Part shown: piece by piece, positions 8,265 to 16,915 of the stretch | Numbering within the stretch: the stretch's first letter is position 1 | Layout of the letters: each line of letters opens with the position of its first letter | Notes under the pieces: generated by a model | Seen by the model: only the letters and a program-made list of their open reading frames with translations | What the model was told of the DNA's origin: nothing | The model's database searches: none | Position numbers and translations under genes: made by a program | From: a bacterium | GTDB lineage: Bacteria > UBA10199 > 2-02-FULL-44-16 > DYJF01 | DNA length: 30,880 nt | NCBI GenBank assembly: GCA_041739675.1 | Contig: JBGSNL010000064.1 | Span: forward strand, 1-30,880 | Reading direction: 5' to 3'

Positions 8265-9108
8265 TTATTTGCTCCTTGTAACCTCTTTCCGCCATGTATG
8301 AGCTCCGCACAAAAGGGCCGCAAAACATATGTTTAATTCCTATTTTCTCACCCAGCAATTGATATTTTTTAAAGCGGTCCGGACGTATATATTCCGCGAC
8401 TGGCAAAGATCCCTTTGTAGGCCTGAGGTACTGGCCGATGGTGACGATACTGCAGCCGGCATCGTGCAAATCGTTGATAGTCTTAATTATTTCCTCTTCC
8501 GTCTCGCCTAAGCCCACCATGAGGCCGGATTTTGTGCGCTGAGAAACGCCCCCTGCCATTTTTAGTACCTCAAGCGACCTTTTGTACGATGCCTTGTTCC
8601 TCACGTGAGGTGTCAGCCTCTCCACCGTCTCAACGTTATGATTGAAGACATCGGGTCTCGCATCGCAGACTGCTTTGATGTCGCAGTGTCTTCCTTCGAA
8701 ATCGGGCGTCAAAACCTCGATTGTCGTCTTGGTGCACAGCTTACGAATCTCGCCGATAGTGGCCGCAAAGTGTGCGGCGCCGCCATCGGGAAGGTCGTCG
8801 CGCGTCACCGACGTGACCACGGCGTGCCTGAGTTTCATTTCACGTACCTGTTCTGCAACGTGCGAAGGCTCATCCGGGTTAAGAGGTTTCGGAGTCCCAT
8901 TTTTCACGGCGCAGAAACCGCAATGTCTAGTGCAGACATCGCCCATTATCATGAAGGTCGCCGTGCCGCACGCAAAGCACTCCCCTTGATTGGGGCAGCG
9001 GGCTTCCTCGCAAACGGTCGCAAGGCCTCTGGCCCGCATCCCCTTCTTGATCTCATGGACGTGAGCACCCGCGTTCTGATTTTTTTTGAGCCAAGGGGGA
9101 AGTCTCAT
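8221..9108 (-). CDS. lipA: Lipoyl synthase
   Basis: CEEARCPNQGEC auxiliary-cluster motif, radical-SAM CTRHCGFC, NHNVETV, GQYLRP and RSSY. Confidence 0.98.
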   Translation of the reverse strand: MRLPPWLKKNQNAGAHVHEIKKGMRARGLATVCEEARCPNQGECFACGTATFMIMGDVCTRHCGFCAVKNGTPKPLNPDEPSHVAEQVREMKLRHAVVTSVTRDDLPDGGAAHFAATIGEIRKLCTKTTIEVLTPDFEGRHCDIKAVCDARPDVFNHNVETVERLTPHVRNKASYKRSLEVLKMAGGVSQRTKSGLMVGLGETEEEIIKTINDLHDAGCSIVTIGQYLRPTKGSLPVAEYIRPDRFKKYQLLGEKIGIKHMFCGPFVRSSYMAERGYKEQINAKDKPVDSDQLAY

Positions 9109-9109
9109 A

Positions 9110-11230
9110 TCAGCTCACCGATGCCAGATCGAGTTTTCCGGCCCACCTGATCTCCAGAATCTTTTTGAGCATCAGATGTTCGGGTTTTTCAAAATCCGGA
9201 TCTTCATCGACAATTTTGAAGGCGGTTTCCCTCGCCTGCGATAGGACCCTTATGTCCCGCGCAAGATTTGCCACCCGGAACGGCGGCAGGCCGGATTGCT
9301 TGGTGCCGATGAACTCTCCGGGCCCTCGTAAAGAAAGATCCTCCTCGGCGATTTTGAAGCCGTCGGTGGTTTCAACCATCACCGCGAGTCTTCGGCGCGC
9401 GTCCTCCGAGCGCCTGTAGTCCGCCATCAGTATGCAGTAGGATTGATATGTGGAGCGCCCCACCCTTCCCCTGAGCTGATGGAGCTGCGAGAGGCCGAAC
9501 CTTTCGGCGTGCTCGATCACCATGACCGTTGCATTGGGGACGTCGACGCCGACTTCGACGACCGACGTTGCAACCAGCACCTGAGTTTTGCCCGCCTTGA
9601 AGCCTGTCATTATCGCTTCCTTCTGATCGCCCGACATTCTGCCGTGCAGAAGCGATACTTTGAAATCCGGCTCAAAAACCGTTGCGAGCTCGCGGCTCAT
9701 GTCCGTTGCGTTCTTGAGATCTATCTTTTCGCTCTCCTCTATCAGAGGGTAGACGACGTAGATTTGCCTGCCGTTTGAGAGCTCGGAGCGCATACCCTGA
9801 TACAATTTTTCGCGCTGATGTTCTTCGTAGAGGCGCGTGATTATCGGCCTGCGTCCCGGCGGCAGCTCGTCTATCACTGAAACGTCAAGATCGCCGTAGA
9901 GTGTCATGGCGAGAGTTCTGGGAATCGGAGTTGCGGTCATTATGAGGATGTCGGGACGCCCTTCCCCTTTTTTCAGTATCGCGGCGCGCTGCAAGACGCC
10001 GAAGCGGTGCTGTTCGTCCACGACGATGAAGCCCAGCTTTTTGAACGAGACCTCTTCCTGAATCAGCGCGTGCGTTCCAACGGCGAGCGGGGTCTCGCCG
10101 TTCGAAAGGCCGCGGTAGATCGCCTCGCGCTCTTTGCCTTTGACGTTGCTTGTCAGAAGAGCGTGAGGGATTCCCATGGGTTTTAAAAGTTTCGTTATCG
10201 TCTCAAAATGCTGTTCTGCCAGGATTTCAGTAGGGGCCATTATCGCCGCCTGATAGCCGGACCTTATCGCTTGCAAGGATGCGGCGAGCGCCACGACCGT
10301 TTTTCCGCTCCCCACGTCCCCCTGCAAAAGGCGGTTCATCGGTGCGGGTTTTGACATGTCATTTCTTATTTCATCGACGACTCGCAGCTGCGCATTCGTA
10401 AGTTTAAAAGGAAGTGCCCCTATGAATCGGCTGTGCTCTTTCTCATCACGCGTGAAGACGATGCCCGGCTCATGGACGATGCGTTTGCGCCTCAGGGCCA
10501 TCCCCAGCTCGAGAAAGAAAAACTCGTCGAATATGAGCGTGCGATGCGCTTTAGATCTGCCGATGTTCAAAAGCTCCACGTCTATATCGGATGCCGGGAA
10601 ATGGAGCTCCTGCAGGCAGCCCCACGGATCGGCCAGCCCGAACTCCTCGACCATAGAGTCCGGAAAGACGGGCTCGACATATTTGTTGAATGCGTCCCAC
10701 GCGTTGCGCACTATCTTGCGCATCGTCTTCTGATAGAGCCCTTCGGTCAAAGGATAGATGGGCAGTATCTTTGCGACGATCTCATCGGGGTTGTCGGATA
10801 GCATCTCGACTTCAGGGTGGATGAACTGCATCGTCGTCCTGAATTCTGAAACGTCGCCCGACAGGAGAATCTTTGTTTCCAACTTAAACTTCTGCTCAAG
10901 GTAGCGCTGTTTGAAGTAGAACCATTTCGCCGAGACGCGCCCGCCTGTTTCGTCCTCGACGACGATTTCGTAGATTCTCTTGCGCCCCCTGCCCATGAAC
11001 GAAATACCGGAGGCCACTATCTTGCCGATGACAGTCCGGTCCTTGCCGGGCGCCAGCTCCGAGATCGGAAGTATAAGGCGGCGGTCTATGTAGCGGATGG
11101 GGATCACATGCAACAGATCTCCCGCCGTGGTTATGCCCATCCGGGCGAGTTTTTCGGAAATTGCCGGCCCGACGCCTTTCACGTACTGGACGGGAGTTGC
11201 AAGCGGATGGCGGTTCGTATCCATATGCAT
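9110..11230 (-). CDS. recG: ATP-dependent DNA helicase RecG
   Basis: RLLQGDVGSGKT, DEQHRFG, MTATPIPRTL, HQLRGRVGR and DLSLRGPGE motifs, plus an N-terminal wedge domain. Start is 11230 or 11224. Confidence 0.98.
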   Translation of the reverse strand: MHMDTNRHPLATPVQYVKGVGPAISEKLARMGITTAGDLLHVIPIRYIDRRLILPISELAPGKDRTVIGKIVASGISFMGRGRKRIYEIVVEDETGGRVSAKWFYFKQRYLEQKFKLETKILLSGDVSEFRTTMQFIHPEVEMLSDNPDEIVAKILPIYPLTEGLYQKTMRKIVRNAWDAFNKYVEPVFPDSMVEEFGLADPWGCLQELHFPASDIDVELLNIGRSKAHRTLIFDEFFFLELGMALRRKRIVHEPGIVFTRDEKEHSRFIGALPFKLTNAQLRVVDEIRNDMSKPAPMNRLLQGDVGSGKTVVALAASLQAIRSGYQAAIMAPTEILAEQHFETITKLLKPMGIPHALLTSNVKGKEREAIYRGLSNGETPLAVGTHALIQEEVSFKKLGFIVVDEQHRFGVLQRAAILKKGEGRPDILIMTATPIPRTLAMTLYGDLDVSVIDELPPGRRPIITRLYEEHQREKLYQGMRSELSNGRQIYVVYPLIEESEKIDLKNATDMSRELATVFEPDFKVSLLHGRMSGDQKEAIMTGFKAGKTQVLVATSVVEVGVDVPNATVMVIEHAERFGLSQLHQLRGRVGRSTYQSYCILMADYRRSEDARRRLAVMVETTDGFKIAEEDLSLRGPGEFIGTKQSGLPPFRVANLARDIRVLSQARETAFKIVDEDPDFEKPEHLMLKKILEIRWAGKLDLASVS

Positions 11231-11273
11231 GAGTGGTTTCTATCCGCATTGCGGCGCGCTTGCAAGAAACTTA

Positions 11274-11311
11274 TAAAAGGAAAGCCCCCCGGCCTGTTCG
11301 GGCCGAGGGGC
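11274..11311 (-). terminator. Intrinsic terminator closing the accessory locus
   Basis: Minus strand GCCCCTCGGCC-CGAACA-GGCCGGGGGGC followed by TTTCCTTTT. Confidence 0.75.
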
Positions 11312-11326
11312 CATGGGATGGGGATG

Positions 11327-12835
11327 CTATGGTATAACTACATCGCCTGAGTAATTGGGGTCAAACACGGGATAGGCGGCGGCCAAGTCAGCGACTGTCA
11401 GAATATCTCCATTAGCAAAGCTCGTATAGACCACGTGCAGTCCGCTGTCGAAGAGGTTAGAGACGACCGAAGCGGGCGTCGAATCGACGTCCTGTTCGAA
11501 TATGCCCGTGAAGCTGGTGCCCGCACCCCCTGCGTAGAAGGTGTTGTTGGCTATTGTGGTGCTGCCGTTTCCGGCGATGAGATTGATAAGTGTCGCGATG
11601 TCACCCGAATCCGCGACTATCGTGTTGTCCACTATGTTTGCGTCGGCGAATTCAAGGTTGATCCCGGAAAGCCATGCGCCCGCGTCCCGGCTCACGCCTC
11701 CGCTTATGAAATTGTTGACGACGGTCGAGAGCTCGGCAGAGTTGTAAATCGAAAGTGCGGTTACAAGTGAGCTGCCGTCGCCCGCCGCTATCTTGTTATT
11801 TTCGATGGAGGCGAGATTATATGAAGCTGCGATATCGTGGATCGAATCGTAGCCCAGATCGACGCCGTTCGAGAGCGGAGCTGTTCCCGCCCGAACGTCA
11901 TTACCCGTCATGGTGAGATTGGCCACGGCATCCACAGTATCGGCCCATGCGTTTACCGCGATCGAGTAGAGAGTTGCCGCGCCCGCGGAAAGCTGGTTGC
12001 CGGTCAACGACGGTGCCACACTCGCCGATTTCGCCGCATGCGCCACAAGGCCAAGGACCATATCCGCAGGCTGGAGCGAGCCCGAAACAATGGCGTTGGA
12101 TTCGAATCGGGGGCTCAGACTCGATTGGTCCAGGGCCCTCGCTTCGACGGCAATGACAAGTGAAAGATCGCCGCTGTACGTGCAGGCGATATTTTCAACG
12201 GAATTGTTCGAGATGAGCGGCTGCATTATATTTGCGCCCGATGATTCAAGCGTGAGTGTCGCTCCGCCCCTGCATGTACCGCTTTCTGACGATATGACGT
12301 TGCTCGTTACAGTGGGAGAAGCATTCTTCACCGTGAAGTTTGAGATCGTCATACCCTCAACGAAACAATCGGAACCGTTCAGCGGCGCGCCGGAACTGCC
12401 GTCCATCACTAGCCGGTCCAGTGTCGTGATGTTTACTGCCGTGTCGCGGCTTCTCGTACCCGTCGCTGAATCAAACGAGCCGTAGCCGCCGAGCAGGCGT
12501 ACACCGTGATATGAAGTCGCATCACCGATGATCACTGTTTCTGCATAAGTGCCTGCGACCAGGTGAACCTCTTTCGCCCCGCTCGCCGCAACGGCCGCCG
12601 CGACGCCTTGCCCCACAGTTTTGTAAGGAGAAGCTATCGTTCCGGTGCCGGAATCGTCGCCGTCCGGTGCGACCCAAATGGCTCCGTCGTCCAGGACGGC
12701 CGCACCGTCAGTACCAGACTCTGCCGCGCTCTTGTCAGGGCCGGTGTAAAAGGAATTGTTTCCGCCTATCATTCCGCACCCGCCTGCAAAAAGCAGTGCG
12801 AACAGAAACATTGCTATGATCTTTTCTCTCTTCAT
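11327..12835 (-). CDS. Lipoprotein with DUF1565-like N-terminus and right-handed parallel beta-helix
   Basis: Lipobox FAGGC, WVAPDGDDSGTGTIASPYKTV...AGTY.E motif and repeated I..N.I beta-helix rungs. Paralog of 12981-14603. Confidence 0.8.
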   Translation of the reverse strand: MKREKIIAMFLFALLFAGGCGMIGGNNSFYTGPDKSAAESGTDGAAVLDDGAIWVAPDGDDSGTGTIASPYKTVGQGVAAAVAASGAKEVHLVAGTYAETVIIGDATSYHGVRLLGGYGSFDSATGTRSRDTAVNITTLDRLVMDGSSGAPLNGSDCFVEGMTISNFTVKNASPTVTSNVISSESGTCRGGATLTLESSGANIMQPLISNNSVENIACTYSGDLSLVIAVEARALDQSSLSPRFESNAIVSGSLQPADMVLGLVAHAAKSASVAPSLTGNQLSAGAATLYSIAVNAWADTVDAVANLTMTGNDVRAGTAPLSNGVDLGYDSIHDIAASYNLASIENNKIAAGDGSSLVTALSIYNSAELSTVVNNFISGGVSRDAGAWLSGINLEFADANIVDNTIVADSGDIATLINLIAGNGSTTIANNTFYAGGAGTSFTGIFEQDVDSTPASVVSNLFDSGLHVVYTSFANGDILTVADLAAAYPVFDPNYSGDVVIP

Positions 12836-12859
12836 ATGTCAGGAACCATCCCCATTATA

Positions 12860-12913
12860 ATGATAGCGCCATCGGCGTTTTTAGACCATTTGCTGCCTCC
12901 CCTTTTTACTGAC
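12860..12913 (-). promoter_or_regulatory. Regulon promoter 1: operator-like box plus -10
   Basis: Minus strand GTCAGTAAAAAGGGGAG (12897-12913), then TATCAT (12860-12865). Confidence 0.65.
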
Positions 12914-12930
12914 CGGATTCCCCCAAATGG

Positions 12931-12956
12931 AAAGGCCGCCATCTCTGGCGGCCTTT
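12931..12956. terminator. Bidirectional-type intrinsic terminator
   Basis: AAAGGCCGCCA-TCTC-TGGCGGCCTTT, a perfect hairpin just downstream of the 540-aa gene. Confidence 0.8.
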
Positions 12957-12980
12957 AGATAGGGGGTGAAGACCCTTTGA

Positions 12981-14603
12981 TTACATTTCATCGGCGCCTA
13001 TATCGGGTGCGGCTCCTGATGGTCTCGCGATGCCGTCGTAATCGACCGTGGGGGCCGCAGTTGCGTCCGCCATATCGACGGCGGCTGAGCCCGCGCTTAT
13101 GTGGAGATCAAGATTCGTGGGATCGACGAGCATGGATGCGCCTTCTATGTTGGCCGTGTAGGCGGGATACGCGACAACCAGATCGGCTACGGTCAGAATG
13201 TCACCCAATCCTCCGAAGTCGCTTGCGTAGACCAGGTTGAGCGAGTCGTCGAAGAGGTTGTTCTTAAGAACCGCGGGCGAAGAATCCATGGCTTCAAAAA
13301 TGCCGACGAGCGCGCCGCCCGCATTGGCGGGGTTCACGAACAGGATGTTATTTTCGATCTTTGTCGCCGCGGTCTGCTGAACCATGTCTATCATGTAGGC
13401 TGTGTCGCCCGTTTCCGCCACCAGCGTGTTGTTGATGATGTCGGCGCTGGCCGCTTCGAGTCTGATGCCCTCCTGGAACGCAAGAATCTGAGTGCTCTGG
13501 CCCGCGCTCACGAAGTTGTTTGTGAGCGAGCTCTGAGCCGTCGCTCCTGCTATCGATATGCCGGCAGAGAAGCTGCAGTTGGCTCCGCCAAAGACTTTGC
13601 TGCGCTGAATATCCGCCATCGTGAAGCTTGTCATCACGTCGGAGATCGAGTCAAAGCCGAGATCGACGCCGAAGCCGTCCACAGCTGTCCCGCCCCGTAC
13701 TTCATTGTTCAGTGCGACAAGGCTTGCGCCTGCCGTTGCCGAATCGGCCCAGATGTTCACTGCAGCCGAATAGTTGGCGGCGGTGCCCGCCGACACGGTG
13801 CTTCCCTCGAGGGCCAGCTCGATTGTCGAACTATCCATGGCGCGTCCCAATATGCCCATGGTATGCGTTGCTGCGGTCACGCCGCTGCCGCCCGTTATCT
13901 GATTTGTCCTCACCTGCGGCTTGAGCTGCGAAGTGCCCGCGCTTGAGAGCTCGAGGCCCACGACTTCGGCTATCCCGCCCACGCAACTGATGTTGTCTAT
14001 GACGTTTTCGGAAATGGAGGGTATGCTCACGACGGCGCCGGTTGTCGACAAGAGAAGCGCCGCCCTGCTGGTGCATAAAGGCGCATCGTAGGTTATCCTG
14101 TTGCTCTTTATCACTGGGGAAGCGTTGAGCGAGGATACCTGGGAGACTGCAAAGCCATCCACTATCGCCTCGGTGCCGTTAATCGGCGCGCCTGCGCTTC
14201 CGTCGATTGAAATTCTGTCGACCACGGTGAGATTCGCGACGATGTCCCGCGGACGGGTCTGAGTCACGGCATCATACGTGCCGTATCCGCCGTACAAGGC
14301 GATGCCGTAGTATCCGGCCGCGTCTCCGACGACGACGTCCTCGTGATATATCCCTGCGACCACGTAGACGCTCTCCGTTCCGCCTGAAGCGACGGCCGCG
14401 GCGACACCTTTGGCAACTGTGGCGAACGGTCTTTCAATGGAGCCGGAATTGGTGTCGAGACCTTCGGAGGCTGAGACCCAGAATTTTGCAGGGTTCTCCA
14501 CTGGCGTAGTTGTTGTAGCATCACCACCGCCCCCGCATCCTGCATAGAAGGCGACGCCGGCTGCCACTGCCACGACAACGAGGATCATTAAACGGTTCTT
14601 CAT
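12981..14603 (-). CDS. Lipoprotein with DUF1565-like N-terminus, beta-helix and choice-of-anchor-Q-like C-terminus
   Basis: Lipobox FYAGC followed by GGGG, WVSASEGLDTNSGSIERPFATV...AGIY.E, and C-terminal LHISAGSAAVD...DYDGIARP....DIGADE. Confidence 0.8.
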   Translation of the reverse strand: MKNRLMILVVVAVAAGVAFYAGCGGGGDATTTTPVENPAKFWVSASEGLDTNSGSIERPFATVAKGVAAAVASGGTESVYVVAGIYHEDVVVGDAAGYYGIALYGGYGTYDAVTQTRPRDIVANLTVVDRISIDGSAGAPINGTEAIVDGFAVSQVSSLNASPVIKSNRITYDAPLCTSRAALLLSTTGAVVSIPSISENVIDNISCVGGIAEVVGLELSSAGTSQLKPQVRTNQITGGSGVTAATHTMGILGRAMDSSTIELALEGSTVSAGTAANYSAAVNIWADSATAGASLVALNNEVRGGTAVDGFGVDLGFDSISDVMTSFTMADIQRSKVFGGANCSFSAGISIAGATAQSSLTNNFVSAGQSTQILAFQEGIRLEAASADIINNTLVAETGDTAYMIDMVQQTAATKIENNILFVNPANAGGALVGIFEAMDSSPAVLKNNLFDDSLNLVYASDFGGLGDILTVADLVVAYPAYTANIEGASMLVDPTNLDLHISAGSAAVDMADATAAPTVDYDGIARPSGAAPDIGADEM

Positions 14604-14627
14604 ATATACCTCCCAGTTCCTATCCCA

Positions 14628-14681
14628 ATTTTAAAACCATTCGCCCCTCCCCACAATTTGCTGGCTCCCCTTTATTCTGAC
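14628..14681 (-). promoter_or_regulatory. Regulon promoter 2
   Basis: Minus strand GTCAGAATAAAGGGGAG (14665-14681), then TAAAAT (14628-14633). Same spacing as promoter 1. Confidence 0.65.
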
Positions 14682-14703
14682 TAATTTCCACCTTCATCTC
14701 CGT

Positions 14704-16467
14704 CTAAAATGACCGCCTTGAGACGCGTGTTAACGACGATTGCGATCCCTCAGGACCGGTCACAATTACCCTTCTGGGAAATCTCATGACGCTGCCCACA
14801 TTTTTCTCCCACTTGGACGAGGCGGCGTTCCATGTCATGGGGCCGTATCCAAGAAGCTCAAGGTTTGCCCCGCCTCCCAATTCACTTGAAGCTTCAACCT
14901 TAAGTCTGCGTAATGTAAAGGAATAACCTGAATTGACGACGTCGATGGTCAGGTCGAAACCGTTGCAATCCTGATCGACGGCGTCGTGTTTGATCTCCGT
15001 GGCATTGGGATGTATCGATGCTTCTGTATCGTTGCAGTCAGTCTCCGTCCTGCAGACCGCATCGATAAAATATCCGTCGCTGTCGGCGTCCGCACAGTCA
15101 GGCGGCGCGACAAGCATGTCGTGTGCTCCCACGACGTCCAAAAGCCCGTAGCCATAGTTGTTGTCTTTTCCGCCTGCGCCAAGGGGGACAGCCCCGTATT
15201 TCAACGCCGATTCCAGTTCCGAAACTGTTGCCAAGGGGTCGGCGCTCAAAATCAGGGCCATCGCGCCGGCAACGTGTGCCGAGGCGAACGACGTGCCTGA
15301 AAGGTATGTGTATGAATCGGGAAATGTCCCGCCCAGGGTCAAATCGGCGGTTTTCACGTTAACTCCGGGCGCCACGATTTCGGGATAAGTCCTTGCGTTG
15401 CATGCGGACGGGCCTCGGCTGGAAAAAGAAGCGATCGTGCGCGTATCGTCGGTTGCACCGATTGCAAAACCTTCGGCGTAATTCGCGGGGCTGATGCTCG
15501 ATGCCGGGTACGGCCCCTCATTTCCCGCGCTGAAGCTGAGAACTATTCCCGCCGCCTTGAGCGCAGCAATGTCCGGCTCGAACTCCGTAACACAATCGTT
15601 CACGAATTCTCTTAAGCCCCATGAGTTGTTGACGACGTCGGGCTTGTCGTCGGTCGCCGGATTGCCGTCAGGGTCCAGAAGCCACTGAAATCCGAGATGT
15701 ATCTTACTGTATGTCGTGAAGCCCGCATCGTCGAATATCTTGACCGCTATCCATTGGGCACCGGGCGCCACGCCTATCGGCGCACCGCTCGAATCTCCGC
15801 CCACAATTATGCCCATGACGGATGTCCCGTGGCCGGCCGCATCGAAAGGAGTTGCATGTTCGCCGTTGGGGTCGAACCAGCTGTTCGCCCCGCCCCTCCA
15901 TCTCGCAGTCAGGTCCGGATGATCCACGTCAACGCCCGTGTCCATCGTCGCCACGACGACGCCGGTTCCCGTATGACCCATCGCCCAGAAATCGGTGGCC
16001 CTGATGTCGCTCAAATTCCATCCGTCGGGCGCTCCTGCTCCCCCCGCTGCAAGTGGCTGCGGCGCTGCGAGTGTGGCATCTAACCTGATGCTCTCTACGT
16101 CGGGGCGCGTTGCCAGTTCGCGGATCGTTGCCGGATCGGCTTTGAGGGCCATGCCGCCTATTATCCAGAGTGAATGAATTTCACGGACCAACCTGCTCTT
16201 GAGAAAACTTTTAACGACGCTCGCGTTTGAGCCGGTGATTTTTTTGAGGGTAACGATTACGGGCAGTTCTTCCTCTGCAGGAGTCGATTTCAATATCTCT
16301 TCAAGCTCGGGATCTATGACGCCGGCAATTTCCTGAGGTTCCCCCTGAATCGTTTCCTTAGGCGAGGATAAATCATTGACTGCGACTGCGCCGCATCCGG
16401 TGAACGCCAAAAGCAGCGCAAACACGACAATTACTTCCCCCCATTTTTTTATTCTTTGATACAACAT
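14704..16467 (-). CDS. Lipoprotein subtilisin-family (S8) serine peptidase with MopE-type putative metal-binding motif
   Basis: Lipobox AFTGC and propeptide. Catalytic residues: MDTGVD (Asp), HGTSVMG (His), AGNEG (oxyanion Asn), SGTSFA (Ser). C-terminal DADSDGY..DCND....IHP.A.E....DQDCNG. Confidence 0.9.
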   Translation of the reverse strand: MLYQRIKKWGEVIVVFALLLAFTGCGAVAVNDLSSPKETIQGEPQEIAGVIDPELEEILKSTPAEEELPVIVTLKKITGSNASVVKSFLKSRLVREIHSLWIIGGMALKADPATIRELATRPDVESIRLDATLAAPQPLAAGGAGAPDGWNLSDIRATDFWAMGHTGTGVVVATMDTGVDVDHPDLTARWRGGANSWFDPNGEHATPFDAAGHGTSVMGIIVGGDSSGAPIGVAPGAQWIAVKIFDDAGFTTYSKIHLGFQWLLDPDGNPATDDKPDVVNNSWGLREFVNDCVTEFEPDIAALKAAGIVLSFSAGNEGPYPASSISPANYAEGFAIGATDDTRTIASFSSRGPSACNARTYPEIVAPGVNVKTADLTLGGTFPDSYTYLSGTSFASAHVAGAMALILSADPLATVSELESALKYGAVPLGAGGKDNNYGYGLLDVVGAHDMLVAPPDCADADSDGYFIDAVCRTETDCNDTEASIHPNATEIKHDAVDQDCNGFDLTIDVVNSGYSFTLRRLKVEASSELGGGANLELLGYGPMTWNAASSKWEKNVGSVMRFPRRVIVTGPEGSQSSLTRVSRRSF

Positions 16468-16491
16468 TATTCACTTCCCCCATATCACCGC

Positions 16492-16914
16492 CTATTGCAC
16501 TATGAGCTCGCCCGAGTTGAAGTCGCCGACCACAATGGCAACCTTGCTTCCGGCCTTCACATAGTGCCATGGGTTCCCGAATATCATGAAATAGCCTCTG
16601 TCTTCATAAGGCTTTGCGCCCCTGGATGTCGGCCTCAGCGCTCCAACTTTTGGCGGCGAAGCAACCATGAATTTCGCCCCTGTCTCGATGTCCAGGACAT
16701 AGGGCTTCACCTTCCCGTCGAAGAGCGGCATTGCCTTGTCGGCGTCGATGACCTTGTAACGGAAATCGAGCATGTAACCGTTGGCCGAGAGGCGGATGGC
16801 TTCGATCTTGATGCCGTAGCGGTATTCGACTCGGGACGTGTACCAGAGTGCCGCCGCCAGTCCCGCCGCAAGGAAGAGTAAGATAACCGCCAGTAGTTTA
16901 ATTCTGGTCTTCAT
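16492..16914 (-). CDS. Membrane-anchored/exported hypothetical protein
   Basis: 140 aa with an N-terminal hydrophobic helix and a beta-rich domain (GYMLDFRYKVID..KA.PL; PPKVGALR; YFMIFGNP). Starts 1 nt after the upstream stop codon. Confidence 0.8.
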   Translation of the reverse strand: MKTRIKLLAVILLFLAAGLAAALWYTSRVEYRYGIKIEAIRLSANGYMLDFRYKVIDADKAMPLFDGKVKPYVLDIETGAKFMVASPPKVGALRPTSRGAKPYEDRGYFMIFGNPWHYVKAGSKVAIVVGDFNSGELIVQ

Positions 16915-16915
16915 A

